A stretch of 64,000 nt of DNA. Source: Verrucomicrobiota bacterium. Lineage in GTDB: Bacteria > Verrucomicrobiota > Verrucomicrobiia > Limisphaerales > CANJXF01. The DNA lies in NCBI GenBank assembly GCA_038214755.1, contig JBBQRQ010000007.1:6448-70447 (forward strand), in the 5' to 3' direction. The notes beneath the pieces are model-generated. The model did no database searches, was not told the DNA's origin, and saw only the letters and a program-made list of their open reading frames with translations. Below are positions 61,101-64,000 of the stretch, one piece after another (the first letter of the stretch is position 1; the number at the start of each line of letters is the position of its first letter). Made by a program: the position numbers and the translations under genes.

Positions 61101-62101
61101 TGGCACCGGAACAAATTGTGTATCTAAAGGTCCAGAACACGAATTCATCTAACATCTTGGCCAGCATTGATGTTTATCGGTCGGCGGGTAAGAGGTTATC
61201 GTATGCTTATCAGTTACTGCAAGTCAGAGCCCGGGATTATGGTATCGGCACAAATATTCAGCAACTGCGAGGCTTGTTTGGATTAGCACGCCAGGCATAT
61301 CAGGCGGGGGATTATGCCTCCGCATACAGTCAGGCAGATCAAATTGTCACCAATCTCCAGGTCGTGCCGCGCATAACTTTAAGTATCGCCCGCGTGTCCG
61401 ATCGCCTCATTGCTCCCAGTGTCGTTTCTTTTACTTCCTTCTTCGGCTCTCGTTCGCCCACAAATTTGGTTAACGGCTCTGGCCTGACAGCCGGGCTATC
61501 AGGAATCCTGGGGGCTGCCGACTCCACCCACGGCAACGCGGTCGATGAGACTATGTGGTATTCAAATCCATTTCTCGCTTCCCCCGACACCAGCCCAATC
61601 GTCACCTTCGACCTAGGAGGGCTTTACGATCTACAAACCACGCGCCTTTGGCAGTATAATCAATCGCCGTATGGCTTCACAGTGTACGGGGCCAGGAATA
61701 TTGCAGTGTCCGTCTCACCCGACAGCACGAATTTTACCCTGGTAAGAACGATTGCGCCGGCGAGAGCCGGTGGAACCAATGGCGAACCCGCGCAGGATTT
61801 CGCCACGGCCACCACGGGAGTGCATTACGTTCGCCTCCAAATTCTTGACACCTTCGGCGGTGCCCAAGCATCCGGGCTTTCCGAAGTGCGGTTCGTCTCG
61901 GCTAACACGGGGGTGGCAGTCACCCTCAACAATGGTGTGTTGGGATTGCACTATCGCGTGGAATACCGCAACTCGCTGAACCCATCTGACTCCTGGCAGT
62001 TGCTCCAGGACATTCCGGCTCTGAACAGCACGCCTCTTTTGGTTTATGACTCGACGCCGATTCAGACACAACGATTCTATCGCGTAGTCCAACTCCAATG
62101 A
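58140..62101 (+). pseudogene. Large secreted protein with duplicated discoidin-like domains, split by a single frameshift (or sequencing error)
   Basis: ORFs 58116-60026 and 59744-62101 join at 59745-59753 if one base is restored (QW-DFSTVNHH). It has a signal peptide and ends '...QRFYRVVQLQ'. Confidence 0.75.
58248..58740 (+). repeat. Intragenic direct repeat (copy 1; copy 2 at 61406-61900)
   Basis: LIAPS.VSFTS.FG.RSP.NLVNGSGLT...SGLSEVRFV is present twice with high nucleotide similarity. Confidence 0.9.
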
Positions 62102-62136
62102 CCTCATGAACTCAAACCAAATATCACCACAAACCA

Positions 62137-63573
62137 ATGAAGCCAATCCTGAAACTAATTTACTTGCTCAGCACGATTCTTCTGGCCGCAGTGTCAGGTT
62201 TTGGCGCGGACCATCGCTTGAACATCCTCTTCCTTTTCGCGGATGACCAGCGCGCCGATACCATCGCAGCTCTGGGCAATCCGCACATACGGACGCCCAA
62301 TATCGACCGGCTGCTTCGTTCCGGTCTGGCATTCAATCGCGCCTATATGCAGGGCGCGCTAAACGCGGCGACCTGCATGCCCTCGCGCGCCATGCTGCTT
62401 TCGGGGCGAGGAATGTTTCGCATTGATGAAAAGCTAATGCGCGATGAGACCTGGCCTGCCGCGTTTGGTCGGGCTGGTTACACCACGTTCATGAGTGGAA
62501 AGTGGCACAATGACGAAAACTCCATTTACCCCAGGTTTTTAAGGGGACCATGGCATAACGAGGAAAGTTCCATTGCCAAGAGCTTCCAAAGCGCCCGGGC
62601 CGTTTTCATTGGGGGCATGATCGACCCAATGAAGGCAAAGTTCAGCGACCTGGCCGACGGGAAACTCAGCACACCAAAAACAAATAGCCAGCACTCCTGT
62701 GCAGTCTTCGCCGACGAAACGGTACGTTTTCTGAGCGAACACTCCGGCGCACCATTCTTTTGTTACGTGTCGTTCAATGCACCCCACGACCCACATATAG
62801 TACCGGATGATTTTCCAATACACTACGATCCCGCCAAAATCCCGCTCCCTCCGAACTTTCTGCCACAACATCCTTGGGACAACGGCGAGATGCTCATCCG
62901 TGATGAAACGCTTCTGCCATGGCCACGTACGCCGGAAAGCGTGCGCGCCCTCAATGCCGAATACTACCGTTACATCTCGTACCTCGACGCGCAGATCGGC
63001 CGCATACTCGATGCATTGAAAGCCTCGTCGTATGCCAGAAACACCATCGTCATCTACAGCGCCGATTCTGGCGTCGCACGGGGCAGCCACGGATTGATTG
63101 GCAAACAGAACGTCTATGAACACTCTGTTCGTGTCCCACTTATCATCAGCGGTCCGGGCATTCCGAGGGACAAGCGGACGGACGCCATGTGCTATCTCTT
63201 CGATGTGCTACCCACACTCGGCAAACTCTGCGGCGTTCCCGCGCCCACCGCTAGCGAGGGCGTCGAATTTACCGGTACGCTTCAAGACCCGGCAAAAGCG
63301 GGACGCGCCGAGTTGATGTTCGCTTACCAAAATGTCCAGCGCGCAGTGCGCGATGACCGATGGAAACTGATCCGCTATCCGCTCGTGAACAAGACGCAGC
63401 TCTTCGATCTTAAAGTCGATCCGCAAGAGACGGACAACCTTGCCGACAAACCAGAGCACGCTGCAAGGATCGTGGAATTAATGGGGACGCTTGCGCGCGA
63501 GCAAAAGGAATTTGGTGACAACGCGCCGCTCACTGTAGAGAATCCAAAATCCGCGCAGTGGTCACCGCCATAG
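62137..63573 (+). CDS. Secreted formylglycine-dependent sulfatase (S1)
   Basis: 'NILFLFADD', CxPxR ('CMPSRAMLLSG'), 'GKWH', 'PHDP' and 'GKQNVYE'. Confidence 0.93.
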   Translation: MKPILKLIYLLSTILLAAVSGFGADHRLNILFLFADDQRADTIAALGNPHIRTPNIDRLLRSGLAFNRAYMQGALNAATCMPSRAMLLSGRGMFRIDEKLMRDETWPAAFGRAGYTTFMSGKWHNDENSIYPRFLRGPWHNEESSIAKSFQSARAVFIGGMIDPMKAKFSDLADGKLSTPKTNSQHSCAVFADETVRFLSEHSGAPFFCYVSFNAPHDPHIVPDDFPIHYDPAKIPLPPNFLPQHPWDNGEMLIRDETLLPWPRTPESVRALNAEYYRYISYLDAQIGRILDALKASSYARNTIVIYSADSGVARGSHGLIGKQNVYEHSVRVPLIISGPGIPRDKRTDAMCYLFDVLPTLGKLCGVPAPTASEGVEFTGTLQDPAKAGRAELMFAYQNVQRAVRDDRWKLIRYPLVNKTQLFDLKVDPQETDNLADKPEHAARIVELMGTLAREQKEFGDNAPLTVENPKSAQWSPP

Positions 63574-63753
63574 GCAAGGGATGCCAAATCCGCCATGCGC
63601 CAACGTAGGGGTAAACGGCGCTCGTGGCCGGACTGAACTACACCCGAACGGGGGATGCCAACGCGCGGCCACACATGCATAAAGTTAACGGATATGTGCG
63701 TAACACGAAAGCAATTCTCCCTGAACCACGGGTCGTCAAAAAGGCAAATTCTG

Positions 63754-64000
63754 ATGAGTCATTTTGTGATCTCGGTATTGGTGCTTCTGCTTCCTAGTGT
63801 GACAATGGCGATTGAAGGCGGTGATGGCAATCCTGGTCTGAAAACTCCCCAAGAGTCACTCAAACGCTGGCGATCGCTTCGCGTGGGGGCATTTATTCAT
63901 TGGACTCCTTATGTCTTGGCATCAGGTCAGGCTCGCCCCGCTGAGGGATACGATAATCTCTATAAGAGGTTCAGCCCGGAAAAGTTTGATCCCAAGGAAT
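63754..64000 (+). CDS. GH29 alpha-L-fucosidase-like protein, N-terminal part (runs off the window)
   Basis: Manual translation: signal peptide, then 'WRSLRVGAFIHW...YDNLYKRFSPEKFDPKE'. Confidence 0.75.
   Translation, partial: MSHFVISVLVLLLPSVTMAIEGGDGNPGLKTPQESLKRWRSLRVGAFIHWTPYVLASGQARPAEGYDNLYKRFSPEKFDPKE

Noticed and set aside
63574-63690. GC-rich stems and repeated GGGATGCCAA after the sulfatase
   Set aside because: Short, compatible with chance at this GC content, and no U-tract or known family motif.

Overview
Bacterial DNA whose gene content points to Verrucomicrobiota (Pedosphaera-like; PVC superphylum): DUF1501/PSD1 pair, PVC-type heme dehydrogenase, prepilin-like H-X9-DG protein and '...FYRL'-ending surface proteins. 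There are three blocks. (1) 1-45284: a ~45 kb run of minus-strand genes, divergent from a GntR regulator (45988-46629). It is headed by a repeat-rich surface protein and a prepilin-like protein, followed by secreted hydrolases and esterases, an MFS transporter and cytoplasmic sugar-acid/amino-acid catabolic enzymes. A decayed IS3 element and a hisD-like pseudogene interrupt it. (2) ~46630-53720: an island that looks AT-richer by eye. It carries an XRE HTH gene, a RuvC-fold protein lacking two catalytic aspartates, an unannotated 56-aa ORF, an intact large serine recombinase (LSR), two further orphan LSR 3'-tails, three hicA genes with one hicB, a DUF2188 gene and an intact IS5. All three LSR tails share a tRNA-3'-end-like, partly palindromic motif that looks like an att site inside the recombinase gene; this is the best candidate for an undescribed system. 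(3) 53806-64000: a propeller sensor kinase/NarL-type regulator pair, a frameshifted secreted protein with a duplicated discoidin-like domain, a sulfatase and the start of a GH29 fucosidase. No rRNA, complete tRNA or CRISPR array was seen. All family calls come from recognising motifs by eye; no database search was run.
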